The notes beneath the pieces were generated by a model. The model had not been told where the DNA came from. It did not search any database and was given only the letters and a program-made list of their open reading frames with translations. The position numbers and the translations under genes are program-made. Positions 44,606-61,744 of a DNA stretch of 64,000 bases are shown here, one piece after another. Each line of letters begins with the position of its first letter. The first letter of the stretch is position 1. Origin of the DNA: the human T2T-CHM13v2.0 reference genome, Homo sapiens; assembly GCF_009914755.1 (NCBI RefSeq), contig NC_060929.1; one strand, 5' to 3'.

Positions 44606-46892
44606 TGTATTAGTCTGTTTACATACTGCTATAAAGATACTACCTGAGACTAGGTAACTTATAAAAGAAAAAGGTTTAATTGACTCAGAGTTCCACATGG
44701 CTGGGGAGCCTTCAGGAAACTTACAATTACGGTAGAAAGTGAAGGGGAAGCAGGCGCCTCTTACACAACAGCAGGAGAGAGAGAGAGCACAATAGAAAAC
44801 TGCCACTTTTAAAACCATCAGATCTCGTAAGAAATCCCTCACCATCATGAGAATGGCAAGAGAAAAACCAGCCCCATTATTCGATCACTTCCCAACAGGT
44901 CCGTCCTCCAACACTGGGAATTAAAATTTGACATAAGATTTGGGTGGGGACACAGAGTCAAACTATATCATTCCGTCCCTGCCCCCTTGCAAATCTCATG
45001 TAATTTGCACATTTCAAAGCCAATCTCGCCTTCATAACAGTCCCCCAAAGTCTTAACTCATTTCCACATTAACCCAAAAGTCCAAGTTCAAAGCCTCATC
45101 TGAGACAAGTACCTTCCGCCTATGAGCCAGTACAATCAAAAACAAGTTAGTTACTTCCAAGATACAATGGGAGTACAGGCATTGGGTAAATGTTCCCATC
45201 CCAAATGGGAGAAATTGGCCAAAACAAAGGGACCACAGGCCGCATGCAAGTCCAAAACCCAGCTGGGCAGTCATTAAATCTTAAAGCTCCAAAATATCCT
45301 TTGACTCCAGGTCTCACATGCAGGGCAAGTTGATGCAACAGGAGGGCTTCCAAAGTCTTGCACATCTCAGCCCCTGTGGCTCTGCAGGGCACAGTCCCTA
45401 CGGCTGCTTTCATGGGCTGGCATTGAGTATCTGTGGCTTTTCCAGGTGCATGGTGCAAGCTGTCAGTGGATCTACATTCTGGGGTCTTGAGGACAGTGGC
45501 CCTCTTTTCAGAGCTCCACTAGGCAGTGCTCCACTGGGGACTCTGTGTGGGGGCTCCAAACCCACATTTCCCTTCTGCACTGCCTTAGCAGAGGTTCTCC
45601 ATGAGGGCTCTGCACCTGCAGCAGACTTCTGCCTGTACATCCAGTCGTTTCCATACATCCTTTGAAATCTAGGCTCCCATAACTCAACTCTTGACTTCTG
45701 CACACCTGCAGGCCCAAGGCACATGGAAATTGCCAAAGCTTGGGGCTTGCACCCTCTGAAACAATGTTCTGAGCTGTACCTTAGCCTACCCTTTAGCAAT
45801 GGCTGGAGATGGAGCTTCGGGGCACAGGGCACCAAGCCCTGAGGCTGCACAGAGCAGCAGGGCCCTGGGGCCAGCCCACAAAACCATTCATAGGAAAGTC
45901 TGCCACGAAGATATCTGACATGCCCTGGAGACACTTTCCCCATTGTCTTGCCTACTAACACTCAGCTCCTCATTACTTATGCAAATTTATGCAGCCAGCT
46001 TGAATTCCTCCCCAGAAAATGGGTTTTTGTTTCCCACCTCATGGTCAGGCCGCAAATTTTCCAAACCTTTATGTTCTGCTTCTCTTTTAAACATAAGTTA
46101 ACAAAAGTTCCAATATCAAACCATCTCTTTGAGAATACCTACATCCTGAATGCTTTGCTGCTTAGAAATTTGTTCTGCCAGGTACCCTAAATCATCTCTT
46201 TCAAGTTAAAAGTTCCACAGATCTCTAGGGCAGGGACAAAATTCAGCCAGTCTCTTTGCTAAAGCATAGCAAGAGTGACCTTTGCTCCAGTTCCCAATAA
46301 GTTCCTCATCTCCATTTGAGACCACCTCAGCCTGGACTTCATTGTCTATTTCATTACCAGCATTTTGGTCAAAACCATTCAACAAGTCTCTAGGAAGTCC
46401 CAAATTTTTCCACATCTTCCTGTCTTTTTCTGAGCCCTCCAAACTGTTCCAACCTCTGCCTGTTACCAAATTCCAAAGCTGCTTTCACATTTTCAGATTA
46501 TCTTTATAGCAGTACCCACTCTGCCAGTACCAATTTCCTATATTAGTCCATTTTCACATTGCTATAAAGACACTACCTGAGACTGAGTGATTTCTAAACA
46601 AAAGCAGTGTAATTGACTCACAGTTCCCCGCATAGCTGAGGAGGCCTCAGGAAACTTACGATCATGGTAGAGGACAAAGGGGAAGTAGGCACCTCTTACA
46701 TGGCCACAGGAGAGAGAGCACACAAGGGGAGACTGACACTTTTATAACCATCAGATTTCATGAGAATTCCCTCACTATCACAAAAACAGCACCCCCATGA
46801 TCCAATCACCTCCCACCAGGTCCCTCCCTCAACATATGGGGATTACAATTGGAGATGAGATTTGGGTGGAGACACAGAGCCAAACCATATCA
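44606..46892 (-). mobile_element. Complete THE1 (C/D-like) MaLR provirus: LTR 46539-46892, internal region, LTR 44606-44970
   Basis: Two homologous LTRs (tattagtc...tatca); minus-strand leader GAAATTGGTAC after the 5' LTR and a purine tract before the 3' LTR; ORF fragments (PRDLLNGFDQNA, CPCPRDLWNF) typical of MaLR internal sequence. Confidence 0.9.
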
Positions 46893-47788
46893 CAAGATAA
46901 AACTTATTTCAAAATCTTTTTACAGGAGAGAGAAAATAAATAAAGCTAACAAAAATGACACTTGAAAATGGTGGGGCTATGAACTTCACAAATATTTATA
47001 GTTCTGTAAGTAATGAGCAGAAGAGACAGAATAGTGTAGTTCAAAATTAGACAGCAGATTTTTGTAAATTTGTAAAAGCTCTTTTTCTGTAGATACAATT
47101 TTGCAGTTACTAGATTAAAAAGGAACAGGCAAAAAGAAACATGAAGACTATGATGAACATTTCTCATCTCTGTTTAATCAAATCTAGAATGTTCTTAATA
47201 AAATTCTTCCAGAAGCACTAACATTTGAGAGTAATGTATACTTCTCACTTCACTAACAGATCTGTGCTTTTACATACATACATACATGTAGTTCCTTTTG
47301 TATGTTTTTCAAAAACTCACCCACAGAACCTGAACAATACTAAATTCTTCACTCCCATTGGCTACTTCAAGAAATATTATGCTGTCTTGCTTATCCTGAG
47401 TTCTAGAAATGTTAAGTTTGTAATATACTATTAACCTCCCACTCTCCTTCAGAAATCAGTGTCTATGAACCACATCAGTAACACTAGAAGATAATTCCAT
47501 GTCACATAAATTTGCTGTAACTAAAGGTGAACTAAATTATCGACACACTCATACACAAAGTTCATCAAATACATATTTAAATTTATCTTAGTACAGGGTA
47601 CTGTACTTTACCCAACTCAAAAAAATTTACTTTCTGAAAATATTTCACACTTTAGCCAATTAAAATTTTTTTAATCATATGCATAGCTTTTTCCTTTCAC
47701 AAAAATTATTTCTTCAAATATCCTCTAACACTTTGTATCCTATTTCTCCGGATGGTCAAAATAAGCTTTTAAAAACCTTCCAGGTTGG

Positions 47789-49040
<1,252 letters not shown>

Positions 49041-49249
49041 GAAACACACACACACAAAAAAACTTTCCTAATCACCACCTGTGAAAAGAAAGGGGACCTT
49101 GGGGGAACTACCTAATAAGCCAGACCCATACAGAAACCACTATCCACTTTAATCTGGTTTATGTTTTATTATAAATTGTGCTTATTCACTGGAATTATTA
49201 ATTAACATACTGTCTATCCATCCTGTACAATAATTTCTCATCTATCCTC

Positions 49250-49720
49250 TAATATTTACCAAGTCTCTGTACGTAACAGGCACTGTTCTAGGGCACTGGA
49301 AAAAAATAAGTGAAATGTGTGCCTTCAAAGAGTTTACGGTTATTGGAGATTGAGGATGATCAAGAGAAAATTCCTTCCTCAGTTATCTTGTAGTCTACAA
49401 AGAAATGCAGGCAACTCAATGGACAACTATTAAAGCATGAAATAAATCCCTGTGAAGGAATATGTTGTGGGTACTATGGAAATAGTGGGAAGAAAAGTCT
49501 AACCTTATAATAGCATAACAAGGAAATCAAGTAGAGGAAATGCAGTTGAAAACTGGGTTTATGGGACAAATATAAGTTAATCTGAGGAATATGAGACTTC
49601 TAGATATACAGGGAATGGCAGGTAAAGCGAAGAGGTAAGAAAATTCATATAGAAGTGAGGGAATTACAGAGTCTATTATTAATGAACATAGAATTTAGGT
49701 GGCTAATGGAGAGAGAATGC
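49250..49720 (-). mobile_element. L2 fragments
   Basis: aatatttaccaagtctctg...caggcactgttctagggcactgg...gccttcaaagagtttac. Confidence 0.55.
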
Positions 49721-50667
49721 TGTATACTACATTGTGTAATACAAGTTCTATTATTTATCCATTATTATTTCATCTATATTCACTTTATATAGCTTAAAAA
49801 GCTGAATGTTTCTATGAAATATTTCTTACAACTGCATGTGAATCTACAATTATCTCAAAATAAAAAGTTTAATTTTAAAAAGCTAGATGGGGATTTTTCA
49901 AAATAGATTAGGATTTCATTTTTAAGCATAATTTCAGTAAGAAAATGTAATCCTTTGATTTCATAACTCCAATAATTTTATAAGGGTAGAAAATTTGGGT
50001 AAGAAATTAATGCCAATAAAGAAACCCGAATTAACAATAGGAAAAGTACCGTGTTTATCTATTTTACAATGTGTTGATCCATTCAGGATCCTCTCCCAAA
50101 AAGAAGTTAGAGGAAAGCAATTTGAAATTGCTATTACTAGCAAAAAAATTTTTCTGAGTGGTTTGGGTGGCTAGAAACTATATGGTATAGTGGATATAAT
50201 GAGCAGTTTATGTCAGTTTCAAATCCTGGATCTGCCACTTTCTTAACTTGCTAGGGGGTCTTTTAATTTAAAATTCGTGATAAAAATATTCTATTCTCTA
50301 AAAGTTTGTGCAAGAATATCAGATACAGGGATATACCCTAATAAAGTTAGTCCATGGCTCTATAGAGTGATTCACAGAGATTCCCAGCTCAACTGACATT
50401 TGTTCTAGATAATTGGCACTAAGTTTGGACATGTGCTTGGACCAGGTTTTGATTGTTTGGGAAGGCTAAGGGTGATCAATAAAGACTGTGTACATGTCCA
50501 AATGTAAAGATCTACACTATTACAATAAATACTGACTATCCCTAAGACAGATGGAGTACACCCAACCACATGAGATGGTTCCCTCCATATATCAAAATCA
50601 GTATCTTGCCCTAGCCTTCTGTATACAAAAGCATGGGTCTGAAGGGGAATGGTTGAACTTCTAGATG

Positions 50668-51081
<414 letters not shown>

Positions 51082-51149
51082 TGAGGCTGGGGACTATTCC
51101 TGATCTCTTTAGCTATGACACACTTTCATCTGTTCCATTTATATGTTTT

Positions 51150-52240
51150 TAGTACTTTACTAAAGTAAAATTGACATAAACTGCATATATTTCAAGTATC
51201 CAATTTGATAAGATTTGACATATGTATATACCTGTGAAATCATCACTACCATCAAGATAATGAACATAAGCATGGCACACCTAACCCTTTGTAATCTCTA
51301 CTTCTTGCGTCTCTCCTTCTCTTTCCTTCTTCCTTCATCCATCAAGGCTAGCAATGGATCTGCTTCCTGACTATACATTAGTTTGAATTTCCTACAATTT
51401 TATATAAATGAAATTATACAATAGGTACTCATGTTTATCTGGATTCTTTCACTGAGTATAATTATTTTCACATTCACCTGTGTTATAGTGTGTATCAATA
51501 GTGCACTGTTTTTTTACTACTTAGTAGTTTTTCATTACATGTATATGCCACACTGTTTATCCATGCACCTATTGATGGACATTTGGGTTGTTCCTAGTTT
51601 GGGGCTATTACAATTAAAGCTGTATGAGCATTTACATGCAAGTCTTTGTATAGACATATACTTTTCATTTCTCTTGGTTAAATATCTAGGAGTGAAATGG
51701 CTGGATCACATGTTACCTGCATATTTAACTTTTCAAGAAACTGCCAAAATACGTTTCAGAGTGATACTATCATTTTACATTACCACTAGCTATGTTTGAG
51801 AGTTTCAGTTACTCTCCACAGCTTTGCCAACACATGGCATGACAGCTTTTAATTTTAACCATTCTAACAGGGGTGTAATGGTATCTCATGTGGTTTTATT
51901 TGCATTTCTCTAATGACTAATGTTACTAATATCTTTTCGTGTGTATTTGTTTTTCATATATCTTCACTAATAAAGTGTATGTTCAAAACTCTTATGGATT
52001 TTTAACTGAGATGTTTACTTATAACTAAGTATGGAAAGTTAATTATACATTCTGAATACAAGTTTTTTCTCAGATAATTCCTTGAAGACATTTCTCAGTA
52101 TGTGATTTGTCTTTTCATTCTCTTAATGTATGACCTTTGTGTCTTTCGAAGAGATTTTTAATTTTAATGAAAGTCCAAGTCAATGTGTTCTTTTATGGCT
52201 CATGCTTTTGGTGAAATCATAGACAAACCCAAGGTTACAG
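51150..52240 (-). mobile_element. L1MC/MB 3' fragment
   Basis: catcactaccatcaagataatgaacata; ttgatggacatttgggttg; aatggtatctcatgtgg. Confidence 0.8.
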
Positions 52241-53109
52241 TGAAAATTCCTCTTAGGGCCCTGACCTGGTCCTTCCCTGGTACTTCCTGCAAATAACAAG
52301 CCAAGAAAAATTCATCTCATATAAAGATAAGTACTCAATCAATAAATAAAACAGCACAGAATCCATATAAAGCTAATACCAGAAAATAAGGAGAAAAATA
52401 AACTGGAAAAACAAATGGCTAAGGCAGAATAATTTAACATCAAGCAATAAATTACATTCAGACATGAAATTCGAGACAGCTATAAAAATGAATAAAGAAG
52501 CTCTTCATATACAGACACAGAACAGGCCCTAAAATCCATTATAAATTGAAAAAAGCAAAACAGCAGATACTTATCACATATCTAACACGGGGGGATATGC
52601 ATGTATATTTATTTGTATATAAATAAAATAATTTTGAAAAATAAACAAGAGTCTTGATATATAGGTTGTCTCTAAGAAGGAGAACTGGGTAGATGAAGCA
52701 CAACAGTCAGAGAAAGGCTCTTCACTGTATACTCTCTCATCTTCTGATTTTTCCGCCATGTAAATATATTACTTTTACAAAAAATTTTAAATCTCAAAAA
52801 ACGATAGTTTTTTCAACAATTATTTCATTAGTGTGATGTAAGAAAGTGATTAAGTCACTGCTTTCTAAGACTAAAATGTATCTCTTAAGAAATACAATTT
52901 TTCATGAAAGAATGAAAATCTACTTAGCTATCCCCTAAAACTCAAGATCCTCTGGCTTCAAAAACGTATGCATCATTCTGTTACAATCTGGTAATAATAT
53001 AATACAAAGTAAAATCTATTAACCAAGAAAAAATAAATTGAAGTGGGTAAGTCCATTTTCTGACAAAAGAAAGTAAATGTCATTATATAAAATATCAATA
53101 AATAATACT

Positions 53110-53330
53110 TGGTGAGTACTCAGTACAATCAGAAGCCATCTGAAGTGTTTTGCACATATTATCTCACAACCATCTGTTAAGTAAATGCTATATTATTACC
53201 ATTTTACAAATGAGGAAACTAAGGGCAGAGAGGTAATTTGCCATGTCAAAAAGCAGATAAGCTGTGGAGACAGGAATAAAGTCAGTCTGACATCAAAGCC
53301 TGGGCTCCTAAGCATTAAGTCATATTGTTT
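53110..53330 (-). mobile_element. MIR
   Basis: ccattttacaaatgaggaaactaagggcagagaggt, the MIR core. Confidence 0.75.
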
Positions 53331-53567
53331 GTCCTACACATTTCATTACACTAGGTACAATAAAGTTCTAAACAAATAGTCTTATATATACTTCAGTAAT
53401 TCACATTTTATACATTTTAAGGTTCTTAGATTTTAAATTAATTCATGTAAATTTCCACGTACCTTTGAAAACAAGTGGACTTTATTTTAGACAGAATGCA
53501 ATCCTAATGATGTAAATTAAAGCAATCAAACTCCTGATTTCATGAGTTTTGTGCTCTAATTACATAA

Positions 53568-53974
<407 letters not shown>

Positions 53975-55014
53975 TAAATAGTTTGAAGGTAAAATTTTTA
54001 AATAAATAAAATGTGCAAGTTCCTTAGTAAGCAGATAGAAGAATAGAGCAGGAATATGATGAGAGCTAAATATAAAATTCTGTAAGGTGAAAAATACGTA
54101 CATATTTATACAACAACTTTACCAATAAAGAGATTTCATTAGTAATTTCCAGATGCAATGGAAGAGATTTTTTACTATAACTTCTTTCCTCTGATTAAAT
54201 TTGGCTAAATTTTTCCATTTGTATTTAGGTTGTTTTCAAAATCCATAAGAAAATTATCCTGATTTTTTAGAAAAAAAAAATTTCATTATTAGTATGGCAA
54301 TGTACTAGAAGGTCAAGTATTTTTTTTTTAGCCATCTGTTCCCACTATGCAATCCACATCACTCATAAACAGAGGCAGTTTTACCCACGATGCCCTATAA
54401 TTGAGGCACATAATCATATCAGCTGCCTAACTATGCCAAGCACGCCTGCTATGCAAACAGCTCTTCTTTCTCTGAATTAATTATGACTACTGGACCAATT
54501 TAATACAGTGCTTCTCCACCATTACCTTTGCCAACTGTGACAGCTGTGGTAAGAAAGTCTACAAGGCATACACTGCTGCTCACAGCCTACTCTCAATTGT
54601 GGCTATGCAAAACATCTCTGAATAATGTACTCCTCTGAAAGAATGCAAGCAATTAGAGGCTTAAACACCAGCAGTCTCATAACATAGCTCACTAGAAGTT
54701 ACAGTAATTGATATATATAAACACAAAGTCATTTCACTTTATTAGATGCTTTCAGATATGAATGCAACACAGTCATACACAGTCTATAAGATACACTGAA
54801 TGACAGCACTAATATTTAATAAATAAATGAAATGTATTACAAACCTTTACTAACAGAATGGTTGAAATAATGAGGATAACTAAGAAACTACTAGTGACTG
54901 AATTAAGAACAAACTGCCTTTCGGTCTCTTAGCCTCAAACATCCAGAAAGAAAACCCACAAACTTTTATACAAGCAAGAAAATAAAATAATCTAGCTCAA
55001 TGCTACTAAAATAT

Positions 55015-55510
55015 ATCACGTAAGTTATATGTGTAATGTTAAATTTTCTAACAGCCATATTTAAAGGAGTAAAAAAGGTGAAATTATTTTAATAATATTT
55101 TATTTAACCTAACAGATCCAAAATAAAATATTTTAACATGTAATCATTACAGATTATTAGTAAGAGATTTTATTTTTCTTTTCCAAATAATCTTTGATAT
55201 CCAGTGTGTATTTTATCTATACAGAGCATTTTCATTAGGAAGCTCAATTTTAATCAAAAATATTTAATCTATATTTAGATTTTATCAAATACAGTTGAAA
55301 AAAGTAGTTCACATATCTAAGTTGTGACAAGCATACCTCAAATTTTACAATAAGATAATCATGTAAACACCTTCAAATAAATACTTTCCTTTAATATTCA
55401 CAAACACATTGACAAAATTGGTTCATCTTTTTAAAATCACCAATTTAACTCAGAAGCAAAAGTATATCGGTTTAAAAACTATGCCTGTTCACAGTAAGTA
55501 AACTCACTAA
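55015..55510. mobile_element. hAT-Charlie (Charlie5/MER33-like) fragment
   Basis: aaattttctaacagccatatt...ggtgaaattattttaataatattttatttaacc. Confidence 0.65.
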
Positions 55511-56161
55511 AACCATAATGAGGTATGACAGAAATTGTTCTACATCTTTACTGAGGATTCTACATTTTAATTGTTGTGATGGTTACATGAAATGTATATT
55601 TGACAAAAAACATTCTACATTTTAAATAAATTCATTTTATTTTATATAAATTATACTTAAATTAATTTGAAATACCATTTCTCACCTGTCCAATCGACAA
55701 AAAACATTCAAAATCTTAACAACAAATTTGTGGGAAAGGCTGCTGGGAAATACACATTGTCATAAAATGGCAGAAAATCAATGGAAGGAAATTGTATAGT
55801 ATTTAACAAAACTACATATGTATTTTCCATCTGATCCTACTTCTAGGAGGTAAAAAAAAACCCAGCTCCATAAATATGAAACAACATATGTACAAACATT
55901 ATTCAATGCAGCATTATTTGTCAGGGCAAACATTAGAAACAATCTAAACACATTTCTATGGAAACTGGTTGAATAACTGTAGTTTATCCACTTACAGAAT
56001 GTAAGAAAGAATACAGAGGCTATAAAAAGAATAAGGAAGATCTCTGAACAGATATGGGAGTGGTTACTAGGAAAATATTGTTAAGTTAAAAATATATATA
56101 TATATACGCAAAGGAATATATACAGTACTGTACTTCTATATAAAAAAAAGTGGAAATGAAA

Positions 56162-56460
<299 letters not shown>

Positions 56461-56636
56461 CTATAAATGTATACGTGTGTGTGTGTGTATCTGCTAGTTT
56501 TCTGAAAAATGCAATAGAGGAAAAATAAACAAGAAGCCAATGAAATTGATTACCCATAGAGGATATGTGGAAATAAGAAAGAAGGGATATAGAAAGAAAT
56601 GAGACTTCTGAGTATATATTTTTATAGTTTTTCAAT

Positions 56637-57066
56637 TTTTGTAGATGTGATCAAATTAAAGATGTTCAGATGGGGAGATTATACTAGATTACATGAATGG
56701 TCCCAATCTAGTCACATGAGTCCTTAAAACCCTTCCCAGAACTTTTACCAGTTGGGTCAGAAAGAGGAGACTGAAAAAGGAGGAGAAAGCACGAAGGGAA
56801 TCAACCCACCATTGCTGGCTTTAAAAATGAATGGAGAGGACCACAAGCCAAGGAGCACAGATAGCCTCTAGAATCCGGGAACAGCCATCAGCTGGACCCA
56901 GCAAGAAGACAGAAATCTCAGATCTACAAGCACAAAGAACTGAATTCTGCCAACAAGCCAAATGACAAGGGAACAGTTTCTATCTCAGATCCTCCATAAA
57001 GGAGCACCGTTGGTTAACAAACTGATTTTAGTCCAGTGAGAAGGGCAGAATAATAAATTTGTGCTG
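56637..57066 (+). mobile_element. MLT1D/C-like LTR followed by a 48-nt Alu 3' stub (57077-57124)
   Basis: gatggggagattatactagattac...ccacaagccaagga...aataaatttgtgctg. Confidence 0.75.
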
Positions 57067-57654
57067 CACCAGGCACCCAGCCTGGGTGACAGAGGGAGAC
57101 TCTGTCTCAAAAAAAAAAAAAAAAGGAAACTGACACAGGTTTCAAAAGTATCTATAATCCCCTATATAACATACCACCAGTGTCTTTCTTCTAGTCTTCA
57201 TCATCTATGACTTAAACTCTGGCAAACTGCTCTGACTTCAATCCTGCTCTCTTCTAATCCACTTTTAAACTCTGATAGAAGAGCGACCCTTCTAAAATGT
57301 AAATCTGATTAGAAAAGGCCACTTCACTCTCTATCCATCCCCACCTGTAATTCAATATGTACAATCCCAATCCAACTCCTAGCAAGATTTTTGTTGGAAA
57401 ACAAAAAACTGATTCTAAAATTTATACACAGAAATGCGGAATAAAAATACAAAACAATTTTGATCAAAAAAAGAGAAAGAATAGAGCTTAAGGGACATAC
57501 TACCTGATTTCAACTATTCCCACAAAGCTACAATAATCATAGCAGTGTGGTATTGCTATTTAAAGACAGATATATAAATAAATAGAACAGGAAAAAGAAC
57601 CCAAAAATATACTCACACATACTTGTTCAAGGTATTTTCAAAAAATGAAATCAA

Positions 57655-58890
57655 GGTATCCCTGATGAACACAAATGTAAAAAGTCTCAACAAAATACTA
57701 GCAAACAGAATTTAACAACACATTAAAAAGACCATTTACCATGATCAAGTGGGATTCATCCAAGGAATACAAGCATGTTCAACATATGCAAATCAATAAA
57801 CATAATACATCACATTAACAGAACCAAGACCAAATGTTTCAACAGATGCTAAAAAAGATTTCAACAAAATTCAACATCCTTTCATGATAAAAACCCTCAA
57901 CAAACCTGGTACAGAAAAAACATACCTCAACATCATAAGGGCCATATATCACAAAACCACAGCTATTATCACACTGAATGGGGGACAACTGAAAGCCTTT
58001 CCAGTAAGAACTGGAACAAGACAAGAAAGCACATTTACACCACCGTTATGCAACATAGTACTGAAAGTCCTGGCCAGAAAAATTAGGCAAAGGAAGAAAT
58101 AAAGAACCTCCAAACTGAAAAGGAAAAAGTCAAGTCAAATTAGCCTTGTTTGCAGACTACATGTCCTTATATTTAAAAAAAATCTAAAGACTCCACAGAA
58201 AACACTTAGAATTGATACATTAAGTAAAGTTGCAAGATGGGTACAAAATCAACACGCAAAAATGATCAGCATTTCCATATACTAGCAGTGATCAACCTGA
58301 AAAAATCAAGAAAGCAATGCCATTTATAATAGCTACAAAGAAAAAAACACCGATGAATACATTTCATCAAGGATGTTACAGATCTATATAAGGAAACCTG
58401 TAAAACACTGAGGAAAGTAATTGAAGAGGACATACAAAAAAATGGAAAGATATCCCGTGCTCATGGATTGGAAGAATTAATATTGTCAAAATGACCATAC
58501 TGCCCTAAGCAATCTTCAGATTCAATGCAATCCTTACCAAATACTAATGACATTCTTCACAGAAACAGAAAAAGGAAATCCTGCAATTCATATGGAACCA
58601 CAAAAGATGGTGAATAGCTAAAGCAATTTTGAGCAAGAACAACAAAGCTGAAGGCATCACATTGTCTGATTCCAAATTACACTATAAAGCTATAGCAACC
58701 AAAATAGTATGGCACTAGCATAAAAGGACACATAGACCAGTGGAACAGAATACAGTACCCAGAAATAAGTCCACACACTTACTTACAGACAACTCCTTTT
58801 CAACAGAGGCACCAAGAACATACATTGGGGAAAGGGCAGTCTCTTTAATAAATGGTGATGGGAAAACTGGATATCCACATGCAGAAGGAT
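57655..58890 (+). mobile_element. L1 (PB/MA-like) internal ORF2 fragment
   Basis: ORF 57884-58102 resembles the L1 RT region ([10 protein letters not shown]...[10 protein letters not shown]). Confidence 0.85.
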
Positions 58891-60124
58891 AGAACTATTA
58901 TATATCCCTATTTTTCACTATACTACCAAGCCTCAGTTCCTCATATAACATGGAACCATTAATAATACTCATTCAAACCACCTTACAATTTGTTTAAGGA
59001 ATAAAATTATATAATTCATACAAAACTATTTTCTTTTCTAATATGCAGTAATATCCCATGAAGATGTCATTTGCTGCTATTAATACACAAAAATAAACAT
59101 GATTACTGAATATAAAAAAATAATGGTTGAATAACATTCACTCAGGAGTCCTGAACATACTCAAATGTAAAATTATCAAACTATGAGCGAAAATGTGAAA
59201 CAGCCACTGACAGGATTCAAGGATTTTTCATGTTATTCATAAAGGCGGCTCCAAGGGCTCTCAGGAACTACAAACCAGTGAATAAACAAGAAACACTTCT
59301 AATCACAGGTTGCAAAGTTTCCATATTAATAATTATTTCCAGTAATAAAAAGCAATAATATTTTCTACAAAGAGAATTCATGCTTCCATAGTTCTTCTGG
59401 AGAATAAAAATTATAGTACATCTGAGCCTGTAATACTACATGTAGGTCAGATTTTTCATTTTCAGATGAAAAACATGAGTCTGAAAAAGGTTAAGATAAA
59501 AACAACTAGAACATATACTCTCTGAGGAGGATAGAAAAAAAAAAACATTAATTCTCTTACAAACATAAGAGCCAAAAAAAGATGTAACATGTTAATAAAA
59601 CCAGAGAAGGTATAGATAACATAAGCACAGAATTATTCAAAGAATGAAAAATAAATTCCTTAACACTTGAAAAAGATGGTTCAGGGACAAATTCTAAAAA
59701 CTAACACAAAGTATTTATAAAATATGTGGCCGAATAGGGAGTTCATTACATCAATTAATACTGCTCAGAATAAAAATATGAGCTATTTCAGAAGTATAAG
59801 ATTATTGAACAAATGATCTGCCTAGTCAGGGTAATCTGATTTTTTAAATGGCATTTCAGGGCTCTAATACTGGAGAGGCCACATGTAGGCATTCCAGTCA
59901 ATGGACCCAGCTGAGTACAACCTTTCACCCATCCCTGCCAAAGTGCCAGGTATGTGCCTAAAGCTGTCTTGGATTCTCTTGCCCAGCCTAACCATTAGAC
60001 GAAAACCACCAAGTAACCTCTATGGACATCAAATCAAACCATGACTAAACTCTTAACAAATTCATAAGATACAATTAAATGGTTGTTGCTTTAAGACAAC
60101 ATTTTGTGGGAGTTTGTTATGCAA

Positions 60125-60693
60125 TATTTCAGGAGGACCCAAGACCACAGTCAGGTTTAGTGATTCTCTGGGACTCACAGAACTCAGTATATAGTGGAAC
60201 TCACGGTTAATATTTATTACAGTGAAAGAATACAAAGCAAAATCAGCCAGGAGAAAACTCACATGGGACACAGCTCAGAGGAAACCAGGCACAAGTTTCC
60301 AAGTGTCTTCTCCCAGTGAAATCACATAAGATGTATTTACTTAAATCTTCCAGTACTGAATTGTAACATGTGTGAAGTGTTATCTACAACAGAAGCTCAT
60401 TAGAGACAGAATGTCTCTAATTTGAGGTTTACTGGAGGTTAGTCACCTAGGCACCCTTTGCCTGGCATGTATCAAAATTTCAGACTCCCAGAAGAAAACT
60501 GGTGTTCATATACATAATTCTTTGCACAAATAGTTTAGGCACAGTGAGCCACTCCTATCACTTAGGAAAAGCTTTGTATCAGTGCAGGAAATTTTACCAT
60601 TTACATTCTCAGATCCCAGACAAAGGTCAACCTTCTAAGCTTGTTTCCAAGGAGAGTAGCCTCCAACCTGCTATGTTAATTATTGTGTGCACA
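60125..60693 (-). mobile_element. MER21-like LTR inserted in an MLT1 LTR (59860-60712)
   Basis: cccaagaccac...ggactcacagaactcag...ctgctatgttaa...tgcaca; TSD-like tgcaa/tgcag; the MLT1 end resumes with gcaatagataact. Confidence 0.7.
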
Positions 60694-60942
60694 TGCAGCA
60701 ATAGATAACTGCAACAATAGCCACACATCAGTGTTAAAAACAATACAGACCATACAAACCATACAAACCACTGGCCAGACCTGACATAAAATGGCTTATC
60801 TCCTCTTCCTGTCAGAAAATTAAATTAAAAGTAATTCAAAGGAATCTTTGTGTAAAACAAATGTACTATGTAATATTATTTTTGAAACAGGTACCACTGC
60901 ATATGACCTCCAGAGTAAAATTAATATTTGAAAATTAAATAA

Positions 60943-61239
<297 letters not shown>

Positions 61240-61443
61240 TAAATCTTAATCCCAGTCTTTTATATTGGTACATTTGAAGTCTTCTAGGTAAACTTTGATA
61301 CAATTTCATTCTGAAGAAACTATATTACACCACTTGATACGTAATCATTTAATGGTCAGTTGCTACTGGGCAAAAACAAAAAAATTAATGTACAACATTA
61401 CAATGAATCCCTGATCAGCAAAGAATGAGAAGATAAATTTTAT

Positions 61444-61744
61444 GGCCGAGCACAGTGGCTCACGCCTGTAATCCCAGCACTTTGGGAGGCTGAGGTAGGC
61501 AGATCACTTGAGGTTGGGAGTTCAAGACCAGCCTGGCCAACATGGTGAAACCCCGTCGCTACTGAAAAAAAAAAAAATTAGCCGGGCATGGTGGCGGGTG
61601 CCTGTAATCTCAACTTCTCAGGAGGCTGAGGCAAGAGAATCGCTTGAACCTGGGAGGCGGAGGTTGCAGTGAGCTGAGATCATACCACTGCACTCCTGCC
61701 TGGGCAACAAAGTGAGACTCCATCTCAAAAAAAAAAAAAAAAAA
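61444..61744 (+). mobile_element. AluS (Sq/Sp-like)
   Basis: 21-bp TSD agaatgagaagataaatttta at 61422-61442 and 61747-61767. Confidence 0.93.

Noticed and set aside
45053-46509. Cluster of ORFs up to 183 aa
   Set aside because: Decayed MaLR internal region in several frames, not a host gene.
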